Source: an uncultured Gammaproteobacteria bacterium
GTDB lineage: Bacteria > Patescibacteriota > Microgenomatia > UBA12405
DNA length: 64,000 nt
NCBI GenBank assembly: GCA_964448465.1
Contig: CAYUVY010000001.1
Location: forward strand, 25,196-89,195
Reading direction: 5' to 3'
The translations under genes were made by a program, and so were the position numbers. Shown piece by piece: positions 38,188-48,058 of this stretch (position 1 is the stretch's first letter; each line of letters begins with the position of its first letter). Under the pieces are notes generated by a model that made no database searches, was not told where the DNA came from, and worked only from the letters and a program-made list of their open reading frames with translations.

Positions 38188-39395
38188 TGACTGCCTTTTC
38201 CTCTTTAATGTTTTGGCACAACATAAAAGTTATCTTTTTAACGGTTATCTTCGGGCTTATTATCTTAAAGATACTTAACAAATATCTTAACCAAAAGAGA
38301 ATTTTTATAGGGTTATTTTTTGTTCTATTACTTATTCCATTTGTTCAAACTAAAACAAACCTCATTCAGTATCGCCCCTTAGAAGAAAATCGCAAAAAAT
38401 TAACCCTCCCTACCGGTAACCCTGTTATTGAAATTTTCAACAACCAAAAAACATACACCTTGGCTTATGAAAAATACTTCAACGATAACTATGGTCTGCG
38501 AGATTTATTTATTCGTGTAAAAAACCAAATCGACTACTCACTATTTAGGGTATCTGACGAAGTATTAATAGGAAAAGATAATTGGCTTTTTTACAAAAGT
38601 GTTGTTGAGAAGGAACAAGTATATATGGAACAGCAAAGCAATACACAATTATTAGCCATACAAGACAAAATGATTTCATTGAATAACTATTTTAAAAAGA
38701 GGGGTGTGTTGTTTGTGGTAATGCCAATACCTTTAAAAAACTCTATATATCCAGAGTTGTATATTAATAGAACAACAAACAGACCTAGTCCAACAAAATT
38801 CGAACGATTTATTGCATTTCTCCAAACACACCCTGAAATTAAATCTATAGACGCAAGATCTATTTTGCTTAACAATAAAGATAAATACCAACTTTTTTAT
38901 AAAACAGATTTTCATTGGACAGATACTGCAGCATATTTAGTCAACAAAGATACTGTTGAATCAATAAATAAATGGGTACACGGAACAACCAAGTGGAGCT
39001 ACTCACTTCAAACCCAAGAAGATAGTAGTTTTACAGGTGGACAAACTGATTCACTTGCAACACTTGTCTCACCTAGAGAAGTGGCAATTCATGTAATAAA
39101 CTCACCAAAAGGCTCTACACCTGACCCTAAAACACCAAAACCTTTCTTATACTACTTTAAATCTTCACTTACAAATCAGAAGTTATTGCCAAAAACCTTG
39201 CTTATTGGCAATTCATACTTTTTAAACATGCTTAACACTGGTTTTGTTGATCACTTTGATGAATTTTTGATGATCCATGGTAATGACATGGATAAAATAC
39301 CAGAATCAATCCCTAAAGATGTAAAAGTGGTAATATTTCAAATGATAGAAGTAGACCTGTTAAAAAATTTTTTGTTCAGTAAATCTAACACATAA
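38187..39395 (+). CDS. AlgJ/AlgX/DltD-like SGNH-type O-acyltransferase partner (N-terminal membrane anchor)
   Basis: N-terminal TM helix, then the KTDFHWTDTAAY motif (DxHW is typical of the AlgJ/AlgX family). Immediately downstream of the MBOAT gene, with the ATG overlapping its stop (TAATG). Confidence 0.55.
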   Translation: MTAFSSLMFWHNIKVIFLTVIFGLIILKILNKYLNQKRIFIGLFFVLLLIPFVQTKTNLIQYRPLEENRKKLTLPTGNPVIEIFNNQKTYTLAYEKYFNDNYGLRDLFIRVKNQIDYSLFRVSDEVLIGKDNWLFYKSVVEKEQVYMEQQSNTQLLAIQDKMISLNNYFKKRGVLFVVMPIPLKNSIYPELYINRTTNRPSPTKFERFIAFLQTHPEIKSIDARSILLNNKDKYQLFYKTDFHWTDTAAYLVNKDTVESINKWVHGTTKWSYSLQTQEDSSFTGGQTDSLATLVSPREVAIHVINSPKGSTPDPKTPKPFLYYFKSSLTNQKLLPKTLLIGNSYFLNMLNTGFVDHFDEFLMIHGNDMDKIPESIPKDVKVVIFQMIEVDLLKNFLFSKSNT

Positions 39396-39415
39396 TAATA
39401 TGTTATTGTTAACAC

Positions 39416-40135
39416 ATGTTATATAAAATAATTAACGTTACTCTAAAAAAAATACTTGCCATTATTTTACGGTTAATTATTCCAAATAGCATTTACAGTG
39501 ATAGTAATATCAAAAATACAGTTAGCCTATACAAAAGTAAAGGTTTCGGTGGTCTTTCTGCCAATATTCGCTTTTGGGACTCACCACTAGTCTTTGTCGA
39601 AACAATAACTCCTGATAAAGGGAAAATACTTGATCTTGGCTGTGGCGAAGGTGTGCTTACCAACTACTTGGCATTGTGCAAACCATCCAGAAGTATTATT
39701 GGTATGGAGATTAGTCATAGGATAAAACTAGCGAACCATGGCCTTAAAAATGTAAAATTTCTACAAGGCAATGTTCTAAAAGACGATCTACCGGCGTGTG
39801 ATGTAATTATCACAAGTCACTTACTGCACCATCTCCCATCACAAAAAAGCCAAGAAGAATTAATCAAAAAATGTTATCAGAGACTTGAAAAAGGAGGAAA
39901 ACTTATAATTCTCGAAATAAACAGAGAATTTAGTTTTAGATATTTTATTGTTTGGATTACTGATGTTTTTATAGTACCAATTTTATTTGAAGGACAGCTT
40001 TCAAATATGAATGTTTTTCATCGCCAAGCTAAAGATTGGAAAAATATTCTCTTGAAAACTGGTTTTAAGATAAAATTAATAAATCATTTCAAGAAAGGAC
40101 CGTTTCCAGATATATTATTTATATGCCAAAAATAA
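39416..40135 (+). CDS. Class I SAM-dependent methyltransferase
   Basis: ILDLGCGEGVLTNYLA motif I, an acidic DVIITSHLLHHL motif, and GGKLIILE. Confidence 0.7.
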   Translation: MLYKIINVTLKKILAIILRLIIPNSIYSDSNIKNTVSLYKSKGFGGLSANIRFWDSPLVFVETITPDKGKILDLGCGEGVLTNYLALCKPSRSIIGMEISHRIKLANHGLKNVKFLQGNVLKDDLPACDVIITSHLLHHLPSQKSQEELIKKCYQRLEKGGKLIILEINREFSFRYFIVWITDVFIVPILFEGQLSNMNVFHRQAKDWKNILLKTGFKIKLINHFKKGPFPDILFICQK

Positions 40136-40145
40136 AACCCATTGC

Positions 40146-41096
40146 ATGAAACAAACTGCTAAATTAATAAGTATTGTGATCCCTGCATTTAATGAAAGTA
40201 AAATAATTTCAACTTCTGTTTCTAGGGTGATTAAAACATTAATCAAAATTATAAAAATATCGTTAATAAATAACTATGAAATAATTTTTGTAGATGACGG
40301 TAGCAAAGATAACACATGGGGTTGCATTAAAAATTTACATAAAAAAAATTCAAGAATCAAAGGTATAAAGTTATCACGAAATTTTGGTATGCAGACTGCA
40401 CTGATGGCTGGTTTAAAAAAAGCAACGGGGGATTACACAGTAATACTTGAATGCGACCTACAAGATCCACCGGAATTAATTGAGGGAATGTTAAATAAAT
40501 TGATAAAAACAAGAAGTGATATTGTATGTGGAAAGAGAATAAGTCGATCAGAATCAGGTCAAAAGCAATTTGTATTTAAACTATTCCATTATATTTTTCA
40601 CAACATTAGTAACATAAAGGTCCCTCAAAATGTCGGCACCTTTTCAATTTTAAACAGAAGAGCGCTAACTGCCCTGTTAAGTTTTAAAGAAAAAAACCGG
40701 TACATACCTGCTCTAAGATATCTTGTCGGATATAAACAAATATATGTAAACTATGAAAGACTTGACAGGGTTGATGGACCAGCCAAAATGAGCACATCAA
40801 AATTACTTGCTCTAGCATCAGACGCTCTCTTTTCATTCACTGATTTTCCTTTAAAGTTTTGTCTATTCCTGGGTTTTACTGGCGTTTTGCTATCTTTATT
40901 AGTAGGGTTGTATGCAATAATTTCAAGACTATTTAATTTCAATGTGATTATTGGTTGGAGCTCAACACTACTTAGTATCTATTTTTTTGGCAGCCTACAA
41001 TTAATCTTTCTTGGAGTTATTGGACAATATATTTTTAAAATATACATAGAGGTTCAGGATAGGCCCGACTATTTTATATCAGACGAAACAAAATAA
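40146..41096 (+). CDS. Polyprenyl-phosphate glycosyltransferase (GT2; GtrB/ArnC/DPM1-like, two C-terminal TM helices)
   Basis: ISIVIPAFNESKII...FVDDGSKDNTW and DLQDPPEL motifs. Two C-terminal TM helices (FLGFTGVLLSLLVGLYAII...LIFLGVIGQYIFKIY) are typical of GtrB/ArnC. Confidence 0.75.
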   Translation: MKQTAKLISIVIPAFNESKIISTSVSRVIKTLIKIIKISLINNYEIIFVDDGSKDNTWGCIKNLHKKNSRIKGIKLSRNFGMQTALMAGLKKATGDYTVILECDLQDPPELIEGMLNKLIKTRSDIVCGKRISRSESGQKQFVFKLFHYIFHNISNIKVPQNVGTFSILNRRALTALLSFKEKNRYIPALRYLVGYKQIYVNYERLDRVDGPAKMSTSKLLALASDALFSFTDFPLKFCLFLGFTGVLLSLLVGLYAIISRLFNFNVIIGWSSTLLSIYFFGSLQLIFLGVIGQYIFKIYIEVQDRPDYFISDETK

Positions 41097-41121
41097 TTAT
41101 TCTTAACTAATCAAATCTTTT

Positions 41122-42720
41122 CTACGGTTGTTTTTTTCTTTTAATTATTGCCATATTATTTATTATTTTTGGATTACTTAGGTCATAACCTAATTTATCC
41201 ATTCTGTTTAATAAATACTGATCTGCCTTTTTTGCATTATCTGCACCAAGAAAGGAAAGGTACCCACTCATTTCCATATGACTATCTCCAATTTTATTTA
41301 CTCTAAGTATCACATAGTCTGCTGAATCAATTCCTAACGGGTAATAATACACCTTTCTTCCTTCAAAAATAGGCACCCAAAATTCTTCTGGTGCTGACAC
41401 AATTGTCCCTTTTAACATGCTGTCGTCAATAGAGTTATTCCTCTGTACTAAGTAATCATAATACCCTCGATGCTTAAGGAAATCTTGGGCTATATTTTTA
41501 TATTGAAGCCAAGCATTTTTTCTAACATCGTTAATGTTAAATTTTAAGTTTTTCCAACCAAAAGGATTAGTACTCCATAGCACTATTGCTATACCAAAAA
41601 GCACTAAATAACTAAAATATATCCAATGCCTCTCTTTAATATATTTATTTAGTTTCACATATCCTTTGGCAGACGCCCAAACTAATACAGGAAAATAAAT
41701 CGAATGGTAGTGAGTTGACCAACCCATTTTTTCTGCTCCTCCAATACTGCCAACAATGTTTGGCAACATAACCATAATCGCGAGTAGGGATGCTTTTTTT
41801 TCCCAAACTCCAAAAATTAATAAGAAAATACCGTTAAACAACAAAAACACTGCCAAATTCTTAACTAACAAAGGGTCCTTAATCAAATTTGGAAAAAAAT
41901 TTATAAAACTATGTATTGTTAAAAAAGACGAGTAGTAAACGTTTTCCAGATAGATATTGGTTATTAAGTAGCCAACAATAAATATTAATGAGCCAGCTAA
42001 CAACAACCACACCTTCTCTTTCTTCGTCAGCCTAGTATGATATAAAAACACATAACCAATAATAAACATTCCGGTGATTAAGGCCGTCTTTTCTACTATC
42101 ATCGCACAAATAACCGCTACCAAAACAACCCATTTCATTCGAATCTTATTATTATCCACCAATAAGGCCAACAATAAACCAAACAACATAAACAATCTAT
42201 CAGGATAAATTTGCCATTGAACAGAATAATTCCAGGCAGGATGAGCCGAAATTAACAAGCAAAATAACACTGATCCTATTACCGATACACTCTTGCTACG
42301 CAAAAACCAATATATTAATCCCAACATTCCTATAAATACGACAGATGTTGCTATAGCCCAGACCCAAACAGCTGGAAATAGCCAAACAAAAGGAACAAGC
42401 AGATAAAGAATTAAATAAAAATGAATTTTAAATGCATTCGCGTTGCCATAGTCTTTAGGACTAAAATCCAAAAATTTTAAATCATCTGCTTTTATATTTA
42501 GCAAATCGGACTTGGTCTGAAAATCAACAGTCATTGGCAACATTTGGCTTTTGGGTAGAAAATATTTAGCCATATCCTCTAGTAAACTAACATAAATAGC
42601 ATCATCACCTTGTCCACTCATCCAGTTCACTTTTATTGAAATCGAGAATATTGTCATAAATGTCAATAAAAATATTGACACTACTACTACCTCTAATTGT
42701 TTAATCGAGGTAAACATCAT
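41122..42720 (-). CDS. Large polytopic membrane protein, function unknown (possible glycan-processing membrane enzyme)
   Basis: 532 aa with more than 10 hydrophobic segments. No soluble catalytic motif was recognised. Confidence 0.45.
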   Translation of the reverse strand: MMFTSIKQLEVVVVSIFLLTFMTIFSISIKVNWMSGQGDDAIYVSLLEDMAKYFLPKSQMLPMTVDFQTKSDLLNIKADDLKFLDFSPKDYGNANAFKIHFYLILYLLVPFVWLFPAVWVWAIATSVVFIGMLGLIYWFLRSKSVSVIGSVLFCLLISAHPAWNYSVQWQIYPDRLFMLFGLLLALLVDNNKIRMKWVVLVAVICAMIVEKTALITGMFIIGYVFLYHTRLTKKEKVWLLLAGSLIFIVGYLITNIYLENVYYSSFLTIHSFINFFPNLIKDPLLVKNLAVFLLFNGIFLLIFGVWEKKASLLAIMVMLPNIVGSIGGAEKMGWSTHYHSIYFPVLVWASAKGYVKLNKYIKERHWIYFSYLVLFGIAIVLWSTNPFGWKNLKFNINDVRKNAWLQYKNIAQDFLKHRGYYDYLVQRNNSIDDSMLKGTIVSAPEEFWVPIFEGRKVYYYPLGIDSADYVILRVNKIGDSHMEMSGYLSFLGADNAKKADQYLLNRMDKLGYDLSNPKIINNMAIIKRKKQP

Positions 42721-42721
42721 A

Positions 42722-43276
42722 TCAAAAACTCCTATCCTTTATTTTTCTCGCCGGAACACCAACAACCACCGAGTATCGTTCTGTAGATTTGGTGACAATT
42801 GAGCCAGCTCCCACAACCGTACCTTTTGAAATAGTAACTCCCGGCATAACCACAACATTCGCCGCTATCCACACATTATCTTCAATAATGATTGGTTTTC
42901 TCAGTATAGGTTGGAACAAAACTGCAACTTTATTGTTCTCAATTTGATGTTCGCCCGAGGAGATAACAACATTAGGACCAATGAGAACATTGTCCCCAAT
43001 ACTAACAGCACCTATACCATTTATATATGTATTCGAATTACATGCAAAATTATTACCAATACTAATGTTTTTAGTAAATATAAAGATTACTCCTGGCTGT
43101 ACAAACGCCATACCTTTTATACTATGAGAAAATATCTTTAAATATAAATATCTTAATATATAACCTACGGATCCGGGTAAATATTTTACAAAAAAATATA
43201 TGTCCGACTCGATTTCGCTAACTAAAATATCTTTAAGAGAATAGGCATTAAGTTTCTTGAGGATAAAAGATATCAT
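42722..43276 (-). CDS. Hexapeptide-repeat (left-handed beta-helix) sugar O-acetyltransferase
   Basis: Repeating [LIV]GxxxxI pattern: IGDNVLIGPNVVISSGEHQIE...IIEDNVWIAANVVVMPGVTISKGTVVGAGSIVTKS. Confidence 0.75.
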   Translation of the reverse strand: MISFILKKLNAYSLKDILVSEIESDIYFFVKYLPGSVGYILRYLYLKIFSHSIKGMAFVQPGVIFIFTKNISIGNNFACNSNTYINGIGAVSIGDNVLIGPNVVISSGEHQIENNKVAVLFQPILRKPIIIEDNVWIAANVVVMPGVTISKGTVVGAGSIVTKSTERYSVVVGVPARKIKDRSF

Positions 43277-43731
43277 AATCTTATTGCTAAAACATTGTTA
43301 TATTTTGAGATGACTAGATTAGTATAGTTAACTTTTACACCAGTATATGATAAGTATTTTGTTGCTAAACCATTGTTTGCGGTCAAGAACCCAACAGAAA
43401 TATTATTTTTTTTGAAAAAATTAATAAATAGAGAAACTAACTCTTTTCTATTAAACACGACCGCCATATCAAACATTTGATTGTGAAGATACACGGTCTT
43501 AGGCATCCTCTTTAACGAGAAATAATCCAATAAAACCAAAAGCATTACTCCAGCAGAATAATCCTTTTTCACAATCAAACTTAACATTGGCAAGCAGGCG
43601 ACTACAAACCCTATCTTTGACTTAATTGGTAGCTTTAAAAACCCTTCAACTACAAGCATGATTTGAGACTTACTTGTTAATTTTCTAGCCAAGGAAGCGA
43701 CATCTGGCAAGATTACTAATTTATTTTTCAT
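43273..43731 (-). CDS. Hypothetical protein (152 aa), co-transcribed between the SDR-GFO fusion and the acetyltransferase
   Basis: ORF only. The start overlaps the upstream gene by 11 bp and the stop overlaps the downstream start (ATGA). No recognisable motif. Confidence 0.35.
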   Translation of the reverse strand: MKNKLVILPDVASLARKLTSKSQIMLVVEGFLKLPIKSKIGFVVACLPMLSLIVKKDYSAGVMLLVLLDYFSLKRMPKTVYLHNQMFDMAVVFNRKELVSLFINFFKKNNISVGFLTANNGLATKYLSYTGVKVNYTNLVISKYNNVLAIRL

Positions 43732-45622
43732 TTCTTGAATTTTTATAGCACATACTAATAATCTTCTCGATATTGGTAGCTTCCGAAATTGGACTAAGTA
43801 ATAATTTTGGTTTTACACCAATAATCAAGTTCAAAAATGCCAGATGTTCTAAATAATACTCCTCCCCATATGCATCAGGGTTAATATTAAATATATTTTG
43901 AACACTAGACTCTAAATCTTCAAACATAGTTATAGATTTTTTCTTAGTCTTATTTTCCAATACGACTACCCTAGACTTGTTAACATTTATGGTGTAATTA
44001 TCATAAAATATTTTGCACTCAAGACTGGAGATATCATGCCCAGGTTCTGACCAAGATGCATATACCTTGCCTGAAAAGTCCGGGTAATACAAATCTATAT
44101 TCGCTTCGTCTTCTACTTCAACAGAATACTTCTTATTCAGTATCGAGTTAACTTTGGTTGGAATACCAAAAAATAAGTAGATTATCGAAAAAAAGTGTGG
44201 TCCTGGGTTCATTAGTACACCACCACCAGAAATATCCTTTTTAAACATCCAGCCAGACTTTGGCTTGCCTATAACTTCTGAGTGAAAATAAGTCATTTCA
44301 AAATTTTTAATTTTCCCATATTTACCAGAAAGAATAATCTCCTTGGCTTTCAAAAAGCAACGATTGTACAACATGGTATAACCCGTATAAGCAACCACAT
44401 TATATTTAATGGCAAGATCTCTCAATTCCTTGGTTTGTTCTACGGAAATACAAACCGGTTTTTCTATAAAGACATTAATGTATTTAGAAATAACTTTCCT
44501 TGCAATTTCATAATGATAAGCAGTCGGTGTAAAAACGTAACATGCGTCATAATTTTTTGACGAAAGAGCTAAATCAAGATCCGAATAAACTGGCACAACC
44601 AAACCTAACGTTCTAACTGTGCCAAGAGACACTTTGTTCGTATCCACAATGCCAGCTATCTCGACATTCGAAAAAGATTTTAAAATAGACAAATGCAGTA
44701 AGCCAATTTTTCCTAGCCCTACTATTAAAACTTTCAACTTCGTATTTACTCCAAAGTTACGAGGTGTAAAACCAAACTTATTAACATAAAGACTTACATC
44801 ACAGTTAGTATCCTGAGTTGAACCAAGAATATTGTCAGGGTAAAACGGAGGATTTTTCATTTTCAATATCAAAAAGAATTTTGATGCCAACAATCCAATC
44901 CAAACTGGAATATGTATAACTTTTACACTGCCTAGGCCTAAATATGTAATAAGTCTCTCGTAAAATTGATCGTATGTAATATTCTCTCTAGACCCAAGGT
45001 CAAAAATACCGCCTTCACAATTTTTATCTAGTGCTATATCCATCAGACACCTACACAAATCTTCGATATGAATCGGGCAAACTTTCGCTTGACCATCTCC
45101 AAAAACCGGAATAAACGGCAACATTTTAGCCAATTTTCTAATTTTATTAAACAGACCTAGCTCGCCTTCACCGTAAACAAGACTTGGGCGAACTATTGTA
45201 TAAGGTAAACCAGAATCTATAATAATTTGTTCTCCTTCCAGTTTTGTTTTTGCATAAACACCTTTATTGGTAATCTTTACTGCCTGTGAACTAACGTAAA
45301 CAACTCTTTCAACTTTCTTTATACGACACACCTCGACGAGGTTTCTGGTCCCCTCCACGTTTACCTTGTGACTTAGAACTGGATGATACGGATTTGCGGC
45401 TAAATGAACCACTATCATCCCTGGCTTTATACATTTCGAAATGCTATCTCGATCAAGGATATCTCCAAACACGACCTTTACATTTTTATCGACGATAAAA
45501 TGAGGTAAGCCACTCCTTATCAATGCCATTACTGAAACACCCTGGGCTGCACAATATTCCACAAAACTAGACCCAATAAAACCATTTGCACCGGTAATAA
45601 ATATGCTATTAGTTTTTGACAT
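43721..45622 (-). CDS. Fusion protein: N-terminal NAD-dependent sugar epimerase/dehydratase (SDR) plus C-terminal Gfo/Idh/MocA-family oxidoreductase
   Basis: N-terminus has IFITGANGFIGSSFVEY (Rossmann) and YAKTK (YxxxK). C-terminus has LKVLIVGLGKIGLLHLSIL (second Rossmann) and the FIEKPVCISVEQTKEL EKP motif typical of Gfo/Idh/MocA. Confidence 0.65.
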   Translation of the reverse strand: MSKTNSIFITGANGFIGSSFVEYCAAQGVSVMALIRSGLPHFIVDKNVKVVFGDILDRDSISKCIKPGMIVVHLAANPYHPVLSHKVNVEGTRNLVEVCRIKKVERVVYVSSQAVKITNKGVYAKTKLEGEQIIIDSGLPYTIVRPSLVYGEGELGLFNKIRKLAKMLPFIPVFGDGQAKVCPIHIEDLCRCLMDIALDKNCEGGIFDLGSRENITYDQFYERLITYLGLGSVKVIHIPVWIGLLASKFFLILKMKNPPFYPDNILGSTQDTNCDVSLYVNKFGFTPRNFGVNTKLKVLIVGLGKIGLLHLSILKSFSNVEIAGIVDTNKVSLGTVRTLGLVVPVYSDLDLALSSKNYDACYVFTPTAYHYEIARKVISKYINVFIEKPVCISVEQTKELRDLAIKYNVVAYTGYTMLYNRCFLKAKEIILSGKYGKIKNFEMTYFHSEVIGKPKSGWMFKKDISGGGVLMNPGPHFFSIIYLFFGIPTKVNSILNKKYSVEVEDEANIDLYYPDFSGKVYASWSEPGHDISSLECKIFYDNYTINVNKSRVVVLENKTKKKSITMFEDLESSVQNIFNINPDAYGEEYYLEHLAFLNLIIGVKPKLLLSPISEATNIEKIISMCYKNSRNEK

Positions 45623-46292
45623 TGAGTTTAATCCAAAGTTTAAAAATGTGAAGCATAATCTTTATACCATCTACTGGTTGCAGACCATGCTTTTTGTTTA
45701 AATATACCGTTTCAACTTCAACCGTGTCAAAACTTATACTATTATTACCTGCTAAACAGGTCATCTCCGCTTCAACCCCATACCTATCATCACTCCACAC
45801 AAGATCATTATAAACGCTTTTTTTCATAGCCCTAAAACCACAAAGTAAATCCTTAATATGAACCCCAAACAACAAGTTAACCAAAGAGAACATAGTAGTA
45901 TTTCCTATCCGTCTCAAAATCGGCATTTCTCCTTTTAGGTGTCTAATGCCGATAACCAAATCCTTATTCTTTAATTTTGTGGTAAAAGAATTTATGTGTT
46001 TTGGATTGTGTTGGCCATCCCCATCAATAAATATAACTGCCTCAGCTCCCAAATCCCAGGCTTTTTCTGCACCTACTCGCATTGCATATCCCTTGCCTTT
46101 ATTAACCAGATAATCAATCAAAACAATATTATTTATTTTCTTTAAGACAAGACTAGTTTTATCTGTCGATCCGTCATTAACTACAATAATATTTTTTGCA
46201 TATTTTTTAATCTCCCTTATCGTGTTTACAATCTTTTTGTCCTCGTTAAAAACTGGAACAATCACAAAAATTTTCATAATAAATTGTAGCAC
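45609..46292 (-). CDS. Glycosyltransferase family 2 (GT2), small DPM1-like
   Basis: IFVIVPVFNEDKKIVNTIREI...VNDGSTDKT and FIDGDGQH motifs. Confidence 0.75.
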   Translation of the reverse strand: MLQFIMKIFVIVPVFNEDKKIVNTIREIKKYAKNIIVVNDGSTDKTSLVLKKINNIVLIDYLVNKGKGYAMRVGAEKAWDLGAEAVIFIDGDGQHNPKHINSFTTKLKNKDLVIGIRHLKGEMPILRRIGNTTMFSLVNLLFGVHIKDLLCGFRAMKKSVYNDLVWSDDRYGVEAEMTCLAGNNSISFDTVEVETVYLNKKHGLQPVDGIKIMLHIFKLWIKLNVKN

Positions 46293-46307
46293 GCAATACC
46301 TGAGTAT

Positions 46308-47018
46308 CTATTTAGTTTTTTCCGCCATTAAATTCCCAGCTTTCAGTAAGCTCTCAAAGGTTCCCGCGTCTTCCCACATCCCATCCATAATCTCCACCTT
46401 TAACTCACCCAGGTCCAGATAATGATTGTTTACGGCTGTTATCTCTATTTCTCCCCGTGCCGAGGGTTTTAAGTTCTTGGCTATCTCAATTACCCGATTA
46501 TCGTAGACATACAGACCAGGAACAACATAGTTGCTTCTGGGTTTTACTGGTTTTTCTTCAATAGACACCACTTTCATCTCCTTATCAAATTCCACGACCC
46601 CATAACGACTTGGATCTGGCATTTTCTTGGCAAAAATCAAGGCCCCACCTTTAAAACTATTTATTTGCTTACCAAAATCCTGATCGAAAATATTGTCTCC
46701 AAGTATTAAGGTCACACTATCCTGACCAATATGGTTTTCACCAATTATAAAGGCATCTGCCAACCCTCGCGGCTCCTCCTGAATTTCGTAGCTAAACTTT
46801 GCTCCAAAATTTTTACCCGAACCTAGTAAGTTTAAAAACTGTCCAGCATAATCTGGTGCAATAATTATTAAAATATCTTTTATTCCAGCTTTAACTAGCG
46901 TTTCAATCGGATAATAAATCATCGGCTTATCGTATACCGGCAATAATTGCTTGGAAGTTATTTTAGTCAAAGGCAACAAGCGGGTACCCTTACCCCCAGC
47001 TAGTATAATTCCTTTCAT
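46308..47018 (-). CDS. rmlA: Glucose-1-phosphate nucleotidylyltransferase, short RmlA-like form
   Basis: [52 protein letters not shown] is an RmlA-type N-terminal signature. 236 aa, shorter than the canonical ~290. Confidence 0.75.
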   Translation of the reverse strand: MKGIILAGGKGTRLLPLTKITSKQLLPVYDKPMIYYPIETLVKAGIKDILIIIAPDYAGQFLNLLGSGKNFGAKFSYEIQEEPRGLADAFIIGENHIGQDSVTLILGDNIFDQDFGKQINSFKGGALIFAKKMPDPSRYGVVEFDKEMKVVSIEEKPVKPRSNYVVPGLYVYDNRVIEIAKNLKPSARGEIEITAVNNHYLDLGELKVEIMDGMWEDAGTFESLLKAGNLMAEKTK

Positions 47019-47035
47019 TTTAGTATTATAACAAC

Positions 47036-48058
47036 ATGCAGATTTTAGTTACTGGAGGCATGGGGTTTATTGGCACCAACTTTATTCGCTATTGGAAAAA
47101 TAAGTATCCTCAGGATTTAATTCTTAATCTAGACAGTTTAACTTATGCCGCTAATACCTCCAATCTTGAAGATCTAGAAGGGGATAGTCACTATAAGTTT
47201 ATTAAGGGTGATATACGAGACGCAGATATTGTTAAAAAAGCTATGGACGGTGTTGAGCTAGTTGTCCACTTTGCCGCTGAATCTCATGTCGACAGATCTA
47301 TTGATAATCCTACTAAATTTCTAGAAACCAATGTTCTGGGTACCTACACTCTCCTCAGCGAAGCCAAAAATAGCAAAACGTTAAAGAGATTCCACCATAT
47401 TTCTACCGACGAGGTTTATGGCTCCGTCAATCGACATGACCCCAAAGACACTTTTAGTGAAAGTCGTCCTTATGACCCCAGTAGTCCATATTCTGCCAGC
47501 AAGGCCTCTTCCGATCATTTAGTTAATTCTTTTCACAAAACTTTTGGTTTACCAATTTCCATCTCCAATTGTTCCAATAACTACGGTCCTTATCAACATC
47601 CTGAAAAATTCATTCCTAGGGCCGTCACTAGCCTGATCAAGGGAGAGAAAATAAAGATCTACGGCACAGGAGAAAATATTCGCGACTGGCTATATGTGGA
47701 AGACCATTGTCGTGCTATTGATTTAATCATCAATCAAGGCAAACCAGGTTGTAATTATTGCCTTGGCGGGAATTTTCAAGATGTAACTAATTTAGAAATT
47801 GTCAAAAAATTGTGCGAACTGATGAAACTGGATTTTGATAAAAGTGTGGAGTTTGTCGCCGACCGACCTGGACATGATGATTATCGAATTAGTCGAGAAA
47901 AAATTAAAAGTGAACTAGGCTGGGAGCCAACTTATTCTTTTGATACGGGTATTGCAGCCACAATTAATTGGTATAAAGATAACCCCACCTGGTGGCAAGA
48001 AACCAAAAAAGAAGCCGAACAATTTTATTTAAAAACTAGCCCAAAAAAAACCAAATGA
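47036..48058 (+). CDS. rmlB: dTDP-glucose 4,6-dehydratase
   Basis: [41 protein letters not shown] and [12 protein letters not shown] (YxxxK) motifs. Confidence 0.85.
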   Translation: MQILVTGGMGFIGTNFIRYWKNKYPQDLILNLDSLTYAANTSNLEDLEGDSHYKFIKGDIRDADIVKKAMDGVELVVHFAAESHVDRSIDNPTKFLETNVLGTYTLLSEAKNSKTLKRFHHISTDEVYGSVNRHDPKDTFSESRPYDPSSPYSASKASSDHLVNSFHKTFGLPISISNCSNNYGPYQHPEKFIPRAVTSLIKGEKIKIYGTGENIRDWLYVEDHCRAIDLIINQGKPGCNYCLGGNFQDVTNLEIVKKLCELMKLDFDKSVEFVADRPGHDDYRISREKIKSELGWEPTYSFDTGIAATINWYKDNPTWWQETKKEAEQFYLKTSPKKTK

